Source: a virus. Taken from it: a stretch of DNA of 64,000 nucleotides. The stretch spans positions 44,441 through 108,440 of IMG/VR virus record IMGVR_UViG_3300033112_000310; one strand, 5' to 3'. Below are positions 1-7,951 of this stretch, in pieces. The notes beneath the pieces are model-generated. The model did not search any database. It saw only the letters and a program-made list of their open reading frames with translations, and was not told where the DNA came from. The position numbers and the translations under genes were made by a program. Within the stretch, counting starts at the first letter, position 1; the number at the start of each line of letters is the position of its first letter.

Positions 1-200
1 CGCGATTCCCCTTCGGCCCGTCGCCAGCCGCACGATTGCGCCAGCTCGGGTTTCAAGCCACATGGTCGCCCCGTGGGGCATCGTCGGGGACACGAGGTCG
101 AACATATCGGTCGGCTCGCCCGTCACGACCAGCGGGATGAGTTGCCCGCGGACGTCCGTGCCGCGTAGCCGCACATGGTTGGGTGATGGCTTCGATGCGG

Positions 201-494
201 TCATCCGTCCGTCCCCGGTCGGTTGCTGAACGTGCTCTCCGTTCCGTCCGCCGCCGAACGGATGCGCTCGGCCGCCGTCCAAATGTCGCCGTAGGAACCA
301 ACGTAGGTCATCTGCTCGGTGTGGTCGCCGCCGTGCAACGTCTTGACGTAGGCCGAAAACCCGGACGCATCCGCTTCCCGCCGGATGTGGCCGATCAACC
401 AGTGTTCGTCGTGGAACATCTTGTTGACGTGCCACAGCCCGTCTTCCCACGATTCGACCACGCACAGGCGCCGGGGCTTCGGCTTGTCCGTCAT
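201..494 (-). CDS. hypothetical phage protein
   Basis: 97-aa ORF whose start overlaps the stop of the upstream ORF (ATGA), within a tightly packed minus-strand operon. Confidence 0.6.
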   Translation of the reverse strand: MTDKPKPRRLCVVESWEDGLWHVNKMFHDEHWLIGHIRREADASGFSAYVKTLHGGDHTEQMTYVGSYGDIWTAAERIRSAADGTESTFSNRPGTDG

Positions 495-862
495 TCGCCC
501 GTCTCCGCGAGCGCCGCCACGACTTCTCTACGGGCGACGTACAGGTCTAGCAGCGACGCGAACTCGGGTTGACGCTGGCGCAACCGCGTTTCGATCTTGC
601 CGATCTGCTCGTCCAGGTGGCCAAGGTAGTCGTGCAACGACATCGGGTCGGCGTGGCGTTTCAGCGCGCGGGTCACGACGCCGTTCGGTTTCAGCCGGGC
701 ATCGAGCTTGCCGACCGTCAGTTCAAGCGCGCGGTTCTCGGCGTCGGCCTGATTCTCCGCGTCCTGAACGGTGACAGACACCGACACCGTGACGCGGTAG
801 TCGCCCTTGTCCTTGTCGGTCGGCCGGCCCGTGGGGCTGTTCTTGCGTTGCGTCTTGGCCAT
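491..862 (-). CDS. hypothetical protein with C-terminal coiled coil
   Basis: Start reassigned to MAKTQRK (ATG at 862), coupled to the upstream stop. Confidence 0.6.
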   Translation of the reverse strand: MAKTQRKNSPTGRPTDKDKGDYRVTVSVSVTVQDAENQADAENRALELTVGKLDARLKPNGVVTRALKRHADPMSLHDYLGHLDEQIGKIETRLRQRQPEFASLLDLYVARREVVAALAETGE

Positions 863-1044
863 TACGCGGCCTCCACGAAGTCCGGGCATGTGCACCGCTG
901 GCCTTCCGGCGGTGGCCGTCCCGGCCTTTCGCAGTCGTAGCCGATGCACCGGAACGGGCAGTCCGGGTCGGTCACGTCGTGCGGGTCGGCATCGTCCTTG
1001 CGGTGCCAGTCCGCCGGGTGTCCGCAGCGGGCGCAGTTGCTCAT
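862..1044 (-). CDS. small Cys/His-rich (zinc-binding) protein
   Basis: CARCGH..H..C..C..C..CTCPDF in 60 aa; coupled on both sides. Confidence 0.6.
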   Translation of the reverse strand: MSNCARCGHPADWHRKDDADPHDVTDPDCPFRCIGYDCERPGRPPPEGQRCTCPDFVEAA

Positions 1045-1256
1045 GGCGACTCCAAGTAGTTTCGGACTTGATCGGGGAGCGGCGGCAATCCGTCATCCTT
1101 CACTTCCCAATAGCTCGGGTGCTCAAGATTGAGCGCCCGCAGTTCTTCGATGGTCTTTTCGACGGTACCGGCGGTCTGGTATTCGTCGCAGTAGAAGATG
1201 CCCTGCCAGCAACTCGCCTGTAGGCAGTGGTCGCACACCGTCACCGTAGTGGTCAT
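1041..1256 (-). CDS. small Cys-rich hypothetical protein
   Basis: MTTTVTVCDHCLQASCWQGIFYC; GGAG SD upstream. Confidence 0.55.
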   Translation of the reverse strand: MTTTVTVCDHCLQASCWQGIFYCDEYQTAGTVEKTIEELRALNLEHPSYWEVKDDGLPPLPDQVRNYLESP

Positions 1257-1401
1257 CGTCTCCCCTCCGCGTACCCTTCCTTCCATACCGCCCCACCAGC
1301 ATCCGTCAGCGTTCCCGTCCACCACAGACCGCCCATCGCGGTACCGAAGTGCATCCCCAGGAATCGACCCACGGCGTAGTGGTTGAGCCACGTCGTGAAC
1401 G

Positions 1402-1680
1402 TCACGCCGCTTGCGCCATGTCGGCCTCAACGCCGCGAAAACGGAACCTGTTGTATGGGGTGCTTACGTGGAACCACCCGTCATCGACATGCAGTCCGGC
1501 AAACTCTCGGTTGACGGAGCATGTGTAGTTCTGGCCTTTGACCTCGAACATCCCGTCCGGCTTGTCATCGAACGTGACGTCCGTGATCGTCGTCACTGGT
1601 GCAGCGCCGAAGTGCGGGTCCAAGTCCTGCAACTCGCCGCCGATGAACTGCTCTTTCTTTTCCGCGATCTCTTTCCACAT
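1402..1680 (-). CDS. hypothetical protein
   Basis: 92-aa ORF with protein-like composition and purine-rich SD. Confidence 0.6.
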   Translation of the reverse strand: MWKEIAEKKEQFIGGELQDLDPHFGAAPVTTITDVTFDDKPDGMFEVKGQNYTCSVNREFAGLHVDDGWFHVSTPYNRFRFRGVEADMAQAA

Positions 1681-1689
1681 AGCCTTCCC

Positions 1690-2415
1690 CTAGTTGAACG
1701 CCCTCCGTTTGAGCCACCCGTAGAACAGGTGCGACGCTTCGACAGCGCGCGTGTCGCCGCTCAGTACGGCCATCGACGCGAAGCGGTAGTGCACGCGTCC
1801 GTACCAGCGCCATAGCAGCTTGCACAGCTTGGCCGACGTCGGCAGCGGCCACTCCCCCCGGCCCCACGAATAGCCGTCCTGCATGTTGATCGCCGGGTAG
1901 TCGGGCACTTCGTCGTCCAGAAGGTTGCCCGTGCCGGCGCAGTCGAAACATCCGTGGCCGGTGCACTCGGGGCAGAGTTCGTCGTATGCGACGATGTACC
2001 GCTCAGGGGTGCCGTCGCCGAACTCCAACGCTAGGTTGTCCATGATCGTCGTGATGATCCGGTCCACGTCGAAGGCACCGGGCGGCTTGCGGTCGAGCAC
2101 CGACAACTCCCATGCGCTGTCAACGCGAACGAGCCAGAACGCCGGGCGGTCTTGAATGGTCGTGACGGCCAGCAGTGCCTTGCCGTCGCCGTAGACGACA
2201 TCCGACAAAGGCGGCTCGAACGTGATCGCGTCTTGGGGAACCCACAAGTAGCGGGTCGTCGGCCTTTCGATGCGCCACTTCAACAGCCGGTGCAGCACTT
2301 CCCACCGGCCCGCGACTCGCACCGACACCCAGGGTTCGCCATGCCATGACGGCGGTAGCCACTCGGGCTCGTAGTGGCGGAACGGCCACCGGTATCGCCA
2401 CCGCTTGAGATTCAC
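1690..2415 (-). CDS. hypothetical protein with CxxCxGxG-type zinc motif
   Basis: CPECTGHGCFDCAGTG; overlaps the upstream stop. Confidence 0.6.
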   Translation of the reverse strand: MNLKRWRYRWPFRHYEPEWLPPSWHGEPWVSVRVAGRWEVLHRLLKWRIERPTTRYLWVPQDAITFEPPLSDVVYGDGKALLAVTTIQDRPAFWLVRVDSAWELSVLDRKPPGAFDVDRIITTIMDNLALEFGDGTPERYIVAYDELCPECTGHGCFDCAGTGNLLDDEVPDYPAINMQDGYSWGRGEWPLPTSAKLCKLLWRWYGRVHYRFASMAVLSGDTRAVEASHLFYGWLKRRAFN

Positions 2416-2921
2416 GCGTCGTCTCCCATGCCCTGCATGAAGCTCTCGGCGTTCCAGTCGCGCGGCATGTACTCGGGGTGCCGTCCGTGCGACATCGCTT
2501 CGACTACCACGGCAAGCGCGCTGACCCGCTGTCGCAAGGTCGATAGCTGCGACGTGATGTCGCCGACGCTCCCCGGAAGCTCGTATGTGTCGTTCAGGAA
2601 GTCGACCGTGCTGTAGAGGTCGTCAAGGTGTCCGCCGTGCGCTCTTAGTTGGACGGCGAGCGCGCGCAGCCGCGGGTCGTTGTCGGGATCCGTCTCGCGC
2701 CCCGCCAGATCGACAAGGGCGTGCAAATCGACGTTGACCGCTCGCGCCAGGGCACGCAGCGTGGCGACGGTCGGATTGGTCACCTTGCCCGTCTCCAACT
2801 GGCTGATGTACGCGTTGCTCAGACCGGTCATGGTTTCGACTTGGCGCAGCGAGAAGCCGGCGTTCTCGCGGTTCGTCCGCAGGTACTCGCCGAGCGTCGG
2901 GATCAACGGTTCGGCACTCAT
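2412..2921 (-). CDS. XRE-family helix-turn-helix transcriptional regulator
   Basis: LGEYLRTNRENAGFSLRQVETMTGLSNAYISQLETGKVTNPTVATLRALARA is a typical HTH_3 signature; start reassigned to MSAEP at 2921. Confidence 0.85.
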   Translation of the reverse strand: MSAEPLIPTLGEYLRTNRENAGFSLRQVETMTGLSNAYISQLETGKVTNPTVATLRALARAVNVDLHALVDLAGRETDPDNDPRLRALAVQLRAHGGHLDDLYSTVDFLNDTYELPGSVGDITSQLSTLRQRVSALAVVVEAMSHGRHPEYMPRDWNAESFMQGMGDDA

Positions 2922-3211
2922 CCGTCCACATCCTCGGGCCATGTGAAGTGGACTTCGACGTACTCCCGTCTCACCGTGTGCTTGCGCAGATGGAGCACGT
3001 CGCCCAACTTGATCGCGTCGAACTGCTCGCGGCTCGCCATCAGCTCGGGTCGGGACTCGCCGCCCACGTCCAGCGTAACGCACAGTTCGACCGCCCCTTC
3101 CTTGACGAGTCGCGATTGCTTGCCGATGGGCGTCTGGCTTACAAGGCTCAGGGTTTCGGTCTTGCCGACCACGATGGCTTCGACGGTTCGGTGCAGGTGG
3201 TCGATGCTCAC
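2918..3211 (-). CDS. hypothetical protein
   Basis: Coupled 97-aa ORF. Confidence 0.55.
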   Translation of the reverse strand: MSIDHLHRTVEAIVVGKTETLSLVSQTPIGKQSRLVKEGAVELCVTLDVGGESRPELMASREQFDAIKLGDVLHLRKHTVRREYVEVHFTWPEDVDG

Positions 3212-3570
3212 GACTCAATCCCCAAGTCGGCGGCCGTCATGGGTTCCATGCGCGTCGGCTCGGCCATCGCCGCGCGTGCCCGTTCGTCGGCGATGGACGC
3301 TTCGATTTGAGCGCGTTTCGCGTCGTACAACCGACCGACCCGCTGTTGAACTGCGCGGTAGGCGGGCACGTCGGAGAGCCAGCCGATGCTTTCCCACCCG
3401 GGGTTGCCGGGCGATCCGATGGGTGAGCGGTGCGTTTCCTGTTGGAAGTGCGTTAGCGCCCGGTAGCCTACGCTGTCGTTCTGCCCGAGCATCCGCCACA
3501 ACTGTTCCCACGCGAGAATGGTCAGGGCGCGTTCCAAGGTCGGGTCCATTAGTGCCGTCTCGCCGCTCAC
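3208..3570 (-). CDS. hypothetical protein
   Basis: GTG start at 3570 overlaps the upstream stop; start uncertain. Confidence 0.5.
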   Translation of the reverse strand: MSGETALMDPTLERALTILAWEQLWRMLGQNDSVGYRALTHFQQETHRSPIGSPGNPGWESIGWLSDVPAYRAVQQRVGRLYDAKRAQIEASIADERARAAMAEPTRMEPMTAADLGIES

Positions 3571-3983
3571 GACTTGTCTTCCCTTGGTTGCCACGTCGGG
3601 CATGTGTCGCCTTCGGTCGGCAAGACCCACGTCCCGCGTTGCTTGGACATCGGCACGAATTCAAATGACTTGGTGAGCGATACCGGCATCGGGTAGTCGG
3701 GAACCTGGTAGGTGCACCGATAGGACTTGTCCTTCCGGGCGATGCGACGCCCTCGGCGGTCTGGTTCGATGTGCAGGAATCGGCATGACCGGCAGTTGCG
3801 CGTCATGCCCTTCGGCACCGACACGGTTTCCCCCGGCTTGTCCAGTTCCAGCCGGACGGCATCAACGACGTCGAAAGCGTGCGCCGCCGGCATGTTGCCG
3901 TTCGGGTAGTCGTTGTCCTGTTCCATCCGCTGGATGGTCTTGGCCAGCCCTTCGACCAGTTCGATGATGCGTGCCGGGTTCAT
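3567..3983 (-). CDS. hypothetical protein with CxxCxF...C...C motif
   Basis: NCRSCRF...RCTY...TCPTW; coupled. Confidence 0.6.
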   Translation of the reverse strand: MNPARIIELVEGLAKTIQRMEQDNDYPNGNMPAAHAFDVVDAVRLELDKPGETVSVPKGMTRNCRSCRFLHIEPDRRGRRIARKDKSYRCTYQVPDYPMPVSLTKSFEFVPMSKQRGTWVLPTEGDTCPTWQPREDKS

Positions 3984-4225
3984 GGGCGGGCTTGCGCCTC
4001 CGTCATCTTCGCCATCACGTCCTCGATCGGTGGCAAGGCGCGCGAGACTTCCGCGTCGATCGGCATGGGTGCCGGCATCACTACGTCGATGCTCGGAACG
4101 TCGGCCATCACCTTGGCCGCCGTCTTGGTTGAGCCGTCGCGGAATCCCTGCCGGTACGCTTCCTTCGCGTGCTCAAGGAAGAACTCGGCCGCCCACTCGG
4201 TGATCTTCTTTGTTCCTGCGTCCAT
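3980..4225 (-). CDS. hypothetical protein
   Basis: MDAGTKKITEW start with GAGGGG SD. Confidence 0.5.
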   Translation of the reverse strand: MDAGTKKITEWAAEFFLEHAKEAYRQGFRDGSTKTAAKVMADVPSIDVVMPAPMPIDAEVSRALPPIEDVMAKMTEAQARP

Positions 4226-4227
4226 CG

Positions 4228-4458
4228 CTACCCCCTCGGTATCAGGTCGTCTATGAACTCGATGCGGTCGCCGCGGACTTCCACCGTGGACACGACGGGA
4301 CGGCTCGCATCCTTGGTCACCAGCCGCCACCACACCCCTTCCTTGGTCACCGTGTCCGTTTCCAACTCCCACACGGTGCCTTCCGGGTGGTCGGGGAAGC
4401 TCGCAACGTCGAACTCGGGCGACCCGGTGTGCGGCGTGAAGTGCCGTTGCTGGTTCAT
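4228..4458 (-). CDS. hypothetical protein
   Basis: MNQQRHF start overlapping the upstream stop. Confidence 0.5.
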   Translation of the reverse strand: MNQQRHFTPHTGSPEFDVASFPDHPEGTVWELETDTVTKEGVWWRLVTKDASRPVVSTVEVRGDRIEFIDDLIPRG

Positions 4459-4715
4459 TGCGGCAACGCGTCCCGCACGAGTCCGTCCAACTCGGCCATC
4501 AGTTCGGCGATTCGTTCGTCGCAACGTGCTATGTCGTTGATCATCCGGTTGACCTCCCGCTGCCCGGGGTATTGCACCGGTGTTCGCCGTGACCCACGGG
4601 TCGCGGCATCCAGCATCGTGAACGCTTCGGCTCGGCTTTGTTCGTGCCGGGCGAGCGAGGCTTGCGCGGTTCGCAACTTCACGTAGAGCCGACCGATCTG
4701 CTCGTAGTCGATCAT
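4455..4715 (-). CDS. hypothetical coiled-coil protein
   Basis: MIDYEQIG start overlapping the upstream stop. Confidence 0.5.
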   Translation of the reverse strand: MIDYEQIGRLYVKLRTAQASLARHEQSRAEAFTMLDAATRGSRRTPVQYPGQREVNRMINDIARCDERIAELMAELDGLVRDALPQ

Positions 4716-4951
4716 TCGTCGCTCACCACGTGGCCGTGCTCTATGTGCGTATGCGGAACAACCCGCCCGTGCGCGCCGAGTTCCGATTCGTGCAAATGGA
4801 ACACTTCCCGCAGCGCGTCCGTCCGCCGCATCAGTTCGTCGTGCCGCTGCTGCGCCAGCTTGGCTTCCGTCAGCAGGATGATGTTCAGGCCGCCGGCGAC
4901 CGCCGATGCCAAGACGGCGACGTACAGCAGGGCGCGTTCTATCTTGCTCAC
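4712..4951 (-). CDS. small membrane protein
   Basis: N-terminal hydrophobic helix ALLYVAVLASAVAGGLNIILL. Confidence 0.55.
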   Translation of the reverse strand: MSKIERALLYVAVLASAVAGGLNIILLTEAKLAQQRHDELMRRTDALREVFHLHESELGAHGRVVPHTHIEHGHVVSDE

Positions 4952-4954
4952 GAC

Positions 4955-5413
4955 CTACGCCCCGTTGCCGTTCGCCTGGTCGTAGGGCAACTGCCCCTGA
5001 CTCTCGGCGACCGCCGCGTTGAACATCTCGATGTCCGCGAACCACGCCCCGTGGCGACGCACCACGTCCCGGAACTCCTCCAGATCGTGTCCGACAAGCC
5101 GATAGGTCATCTTGTCGTCGTCGTACTGCACGTGGCAGAACTCGTGGTCGAGAAGCGCGATACGCTTGTTCTCGTCAATCGCGTTCCAGACCATTTGGCT
5201 GACGATCAACACTAGGTGGAACTGGCCGATGAACCGCTCGGTGGCCGTCGCCTTCCTGATCTTGGCCATGACCGCCCGTCCCTTGTTCGGCGGCAACTGG
5301 TCTTGGAACAGGTAGAGAATCTTCGGCTTGCGCAGGTCGTCGTGCCAGCGCGGCAGAACGTCCCGTTCGGCAACCCGCTTGATTTCCGTCCCGTCGATGT
5401 ACTCGGTAGTCAT
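4955..5413 (-). CDS. phage putative metallopeptidase
   Basis: ALLDHEFCH (HExxH) followed by GHDLEEFRDVVRRHG, the pattern of the phage putative metallopeptidase family; start MTTEY at 5413. Confidence 0.8.
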   Translation of the reverse strand: MTTEYIDGTEIKRVAERDVLPRWHDDLRKPKILYLFQDQLPPNKGRAVMAKIRKATATERFIGQFHLVLIVSQMVWNAIDENKRIALLDHEFCHVQYDDDKMTYRLVGHDLEEFRDVVRRHGAWFADIEMFNAAVAESQGQLPYDQANGNGA

Positions 5414-5853
5414 GCCTTCTTCCCCCCTTTCTTCGGCTTGTTGAGCGACCGCGACTTCTCTCTCGCCGCCAAGGTGCGCGCTGCCCATTCGGCCCGCCTC
5501 GTCCGCAGCAACTCCCGTTGGGCGAACAGGTCGGCTTCGACCTTCGGGTTGCGTATCACCGTCCCCGGTCGCAGCTTGCCCTTCGGGATTTTGCGGTTGA
5601 GTCGGTTCAGCGCGGAGCACACCGATGGCAGCTTCACGGCGCGTACCCGCTCGCGGTCGGCATCGGACAGCCGCCCGTGCCGTTCGGCTTGGGCGAACTT
5701 CCGTACCTGGAACTCCCCCGGTCGCGTCCGGCGATGCGGTCGGTTGCGGCGCTTGAGCTCGGATGCCCGCCGGCGGTATCGCCGCAGGTGGGCGGTCGGT
5801 GCCACGCTTTGCAGAACCCGCCGCAGTTCGTCGCCCTCGAGCCGTCTGTTCAT
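5410..5853 (-). CDS. basic (Arg/Lys-rich) hypothetical protein
   Basis: Start MNRRLEG at 5853 just downstream of the tRNA-like element; coupled to the peptidase. Confidence 0.5.
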   Translation of the reverse strand: MNRRLEGDELRRVLQSVAPTAHLRRYRRRASELKRRNRPHRRTRPGEFQVRKFAQAERHGRLSDADRERVRAVKLPSVCSALNRLNRKIPKGKLRPGTVIRNPKVEADLFAQRELLRTRRAEWAARTLAAREKSRSLNKPKKGGKKA

Positions 5854-5872
5854 CAACCCTTCTCCCAAAAGA

Positions 5873-5943
5873 TGGCGCGCAGCGCGGGAGTCGAACCCGC
5901 TGGCCGTGGGATTGAAAGCCCTAGCCATGCCCGACAACTGCGC
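5873..5943 (-). tRNA. atypical D-armless tRNA-like element (loop CUUUCAAU; Glu UUC or UCA reading)
   Basis: Acceptor stem GCGCAGT/GCTGCGC, discriminator G, encoded CCA, T arm GCGGG-TTCGACT-CCCGC; only 9 nt where the D arm should be. Confidence 0.65.
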
Positions 5944-5960
5944 ACCCGTTCTTCCATCGC

Positions 5961-6287
5961 TTAGGCCGCCTGACTCCATTCGGTCAGTTCTTGCGCCACG
6001 ACCCGCTTGTCCGGCTGGATGCCGTACTTCGCGACGAGCGATACGACCCGGTCCCAGTCCGGGTGGTTGTCGTCTCGGCACTTGGCTTCCAACTGCCGGT
6101 AGTGGCGTCCCCGAAGGTAGCCGTAGGCGAGGCCGGCGGCCCGCGACTCCCGCCGCACGTCGCGAATCCTGTGCTCGCGCAACCCTGCGCGAGTGAAGGA
6201 CGGTCCCGGCCAACGGCGTTCTTCGCGTCGGATGATTCGGGATTCGGCGGCGAGCGACATAATTTTGATCTTCAAATACGTTTGCAT
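5961..6287 (-). CDS. conserved-looking phage hypothetical protein
   Basis: LKIKIMSLAAESRIIRREE...HRIRDVRRESRAAGLAYGYLRG, resembles a recurrent small phage protein; AAGGG SD. Confidence 0.7.
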   Translation of the reverse strand: MQTYLKIKIMSLAAESRIIRREERRWPGPSFTRAGLREHRIRDVRRESRAAGLAYGYLRGRHYRQLEAKCRDDNHPDWDRVVSLVAKYGIQPDKRVVAQELTEWSQAA

Positions 6288-6387
6288 GGTCTGTTCCCTT
6301 GCGGTTAGGTCGGTTCGGTTCGTGGTTCCGTCGCAACCCGCCCGGAGGGGAACGGCAGCGGTGCTCGGATTCAGGTCATAGGCATGG

Positions 6388-6666
6388 TCAACCCTTCCCT
6401 TCTTCGCGCGCCGCCACCACCTGGGGCGGTTCGACGCCTAGCACCAGCACCGGCGGCATGGCGTTGCCTAGCACCGACAGCCACACGACCCCGGTGCGGG
6501 CCACTTCGATCACTTCTTCCGGCGCCAGCTTCCACGCGGTGACGTTCACCATCGCGCCGTGGTCGGCGCTGAACGTCCGCAGCGCCCGCATGTCCTGAAC
6601 GTTGGCCGCCCCCTTGGGTGCCGCCCACGTCATGTTCGATTCCTGAAAGTCGGCGTGCTCAGCCAT
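6388..6666 (-). CDS. phage hypothetical protein
   Basis: AWKLAPEEVIEVARTGVVWLSVLG..MPPV; start MAEH at 6666. Confidence 0.65.
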   Translation of the reverse strand: MAEHADFQESNMTWAAPKGAANVQDMRALRTFSADHGAMVNVTAWKLAPEEVIEVARTGVVWLSVLGNAMPPVLVLGVEPPQVVAAREEGKG

Positions 6667-7037
6667 TAGGTGAAACTCACTTCGTAGTTGCGGTCCATCC
6701 AAATCGACGGCTCCCGGATCGGTGAAGCACACACAGCCACCACACACCAGGTGTCCTCGAACAGCGGTGCATTGCTGCCGTCCGTGAGCACGTTGCGGCG
6801 CGCGTCCGGGTTTCTCACCCTAAATTGCGCGTCCTCGCGCCTTTGCTCAATGAGCCTTTCCGCAGCATTCCTAACGCCGTCAAGGTCGAACCGCTCTGCG
6901 GATTCGATGTTCGTGATGAACCGGGCGCACCACGGCCACGGCTGGATGTTGTGTAGAAACAGGGTGCGTTGCTTGTTCGCAATCGTGTACCCGGCGAAGC
7001 TGCGGTTGCCGCCGGTGTAGTTCGGGATGGCGATCAC
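6666..7037 (-). CDS. hypothetical protein
   Basis: Protein-like 3' part of the listed ORF (IAIPNYTGG...), GTG start overlapping the upstream stop. Confidence 0.5.
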   Translation of the reverse strand: MIAIPNYTGGNRSFAGYTIANKQRTLFLHNIQPWPWCARFITNIESAERFDLDGVRNAAERLIEQRREDAQFRVRNPDARRNVLTDGSNAPLFEDTWCVVAVCASPIREPSIWMDRNYEVSFT

Positions 7038-7702
7038 AACTTCCCCCTGCGCGAATACCCGCGCGTCGATAGGCACTCGAAACGCCCGTAGGACGGGCAC
7101 GAACCAGTCCGGCAGAACCGCGACCGCGGATTCTCGGGCGGCGTGTCCAGCAGCAGCGCATCGACCATGTTGCCCGCCGCACCGATGTACGACCCGGCCA
7201 CGTCCGCGAGCAATGTCCGGTAGTGGGCGATCACCATGTCGGGCCGGCGGATCGTGTACGCCTTGACCCCGGCGATCTTCGGCATGTAGGCGGCCGCGAC
7301 CGCCCCGACCTCGACGCCCGAAATCGGAAGGTCCAGCCGCCACAGGTGCGCGTACCCGTCGCCGTCGAAGAACGTGGCCTGAACGGCGACCGTCGCATCG
7401 CCCCGGCTTATCTCCATCGGGTCGCGCAGCGTGAACGGCGGCTGGTCGCCCGCCTTCTTCATCGTGGTCGCCAGCCGTCGCGCGGCGAGCGACAGTTCCT
7501 CGGGCGTCCGGGTCGTCCCGTCGAACAACAGCCCGTCGATGTTCTGTGTCCGTTCGACTTCCCCGGTAGCCGCGAGCCGCGCCGCCTGGCGGACGATTTC
7601 CACCGCCACCGGCGTGCCGTGCGCCCCGTTCAGCCCGGCGATGCTGGCCGCGCGCCGGGCGCAGTCGGTCGCGAGTCCCAAGGTGTCGAGCGTCAGATTC
7701 AT
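7034..7702 (-). CDS. degenerate PD-(D/E)XK / Cas4-RecB-like nuclease homolog
   Basis: N-terminal DCARRA and C-terminal NPRSRFCRTGSCPSYGRFEC give a 1+3 Cys arrangement; no clear catalytic D..(D/E)xK. Confidence 0.4.
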   Translation of the reverse strand: MNLTLDTLGLATDCARRAASIAGLNGAHGTPVAVEIVRQAARLAATGEVERTQNIDGLLFDGTTRTPEELSLAARRLATTMKKAGDQPPFTLRDPMEISRGDATVAVQATFFDGDGYAHLWRLDLPISGVEVGAVAAAYMPKIAGVKAYTIRRPDMVIAHYRTLLADVAGSYIGAAGNMVDALLLDTPPENPRSRFCRTGSCPSYGRFECLSTRGYSRRGKL

Positions 7703-7938
7703 GGCAGCTCGGGCACCACCCACCAGCCGGCAAGCTCGCCGAGGAACGCGGCCACCGCGCCCGCGACAACGGCAACGACGACGGCAACCGCGAACACCAG
7801 CAAGCCGGTCACGAGTTCATCGAAGGCTTCAACGAACCCCACCACGGCGAACAGCACCGCGCATATCGTCACAACGAGACAGATCACGCAACCGCCGACC
7901 ACCAGGCCGTAGACGAGATATTCGAGGAGCGTTCCCAT
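7699..7938 (-). CDS. small two-helix membrane protein
   Basis: Almost entirely hydrophobic 79 aa. Confidence 0.6.
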   Translation of the reverse strand: MGTLLEYLVYGLVVGGCVICLVVTICAVLFAVVGFVEAFDELVTGLLVFAVAVVVAVVAGAVAAFLGELAGWWVVPELP

Positions 7939-7951
7939 TAGCGTTTCTCCA

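Noticed and set aside
5410..5853. A fourth ORF starting MNRR
   Set aside because: No hydrophobic region after the arginines and no match to a structural protein, so not counted in the leader family.
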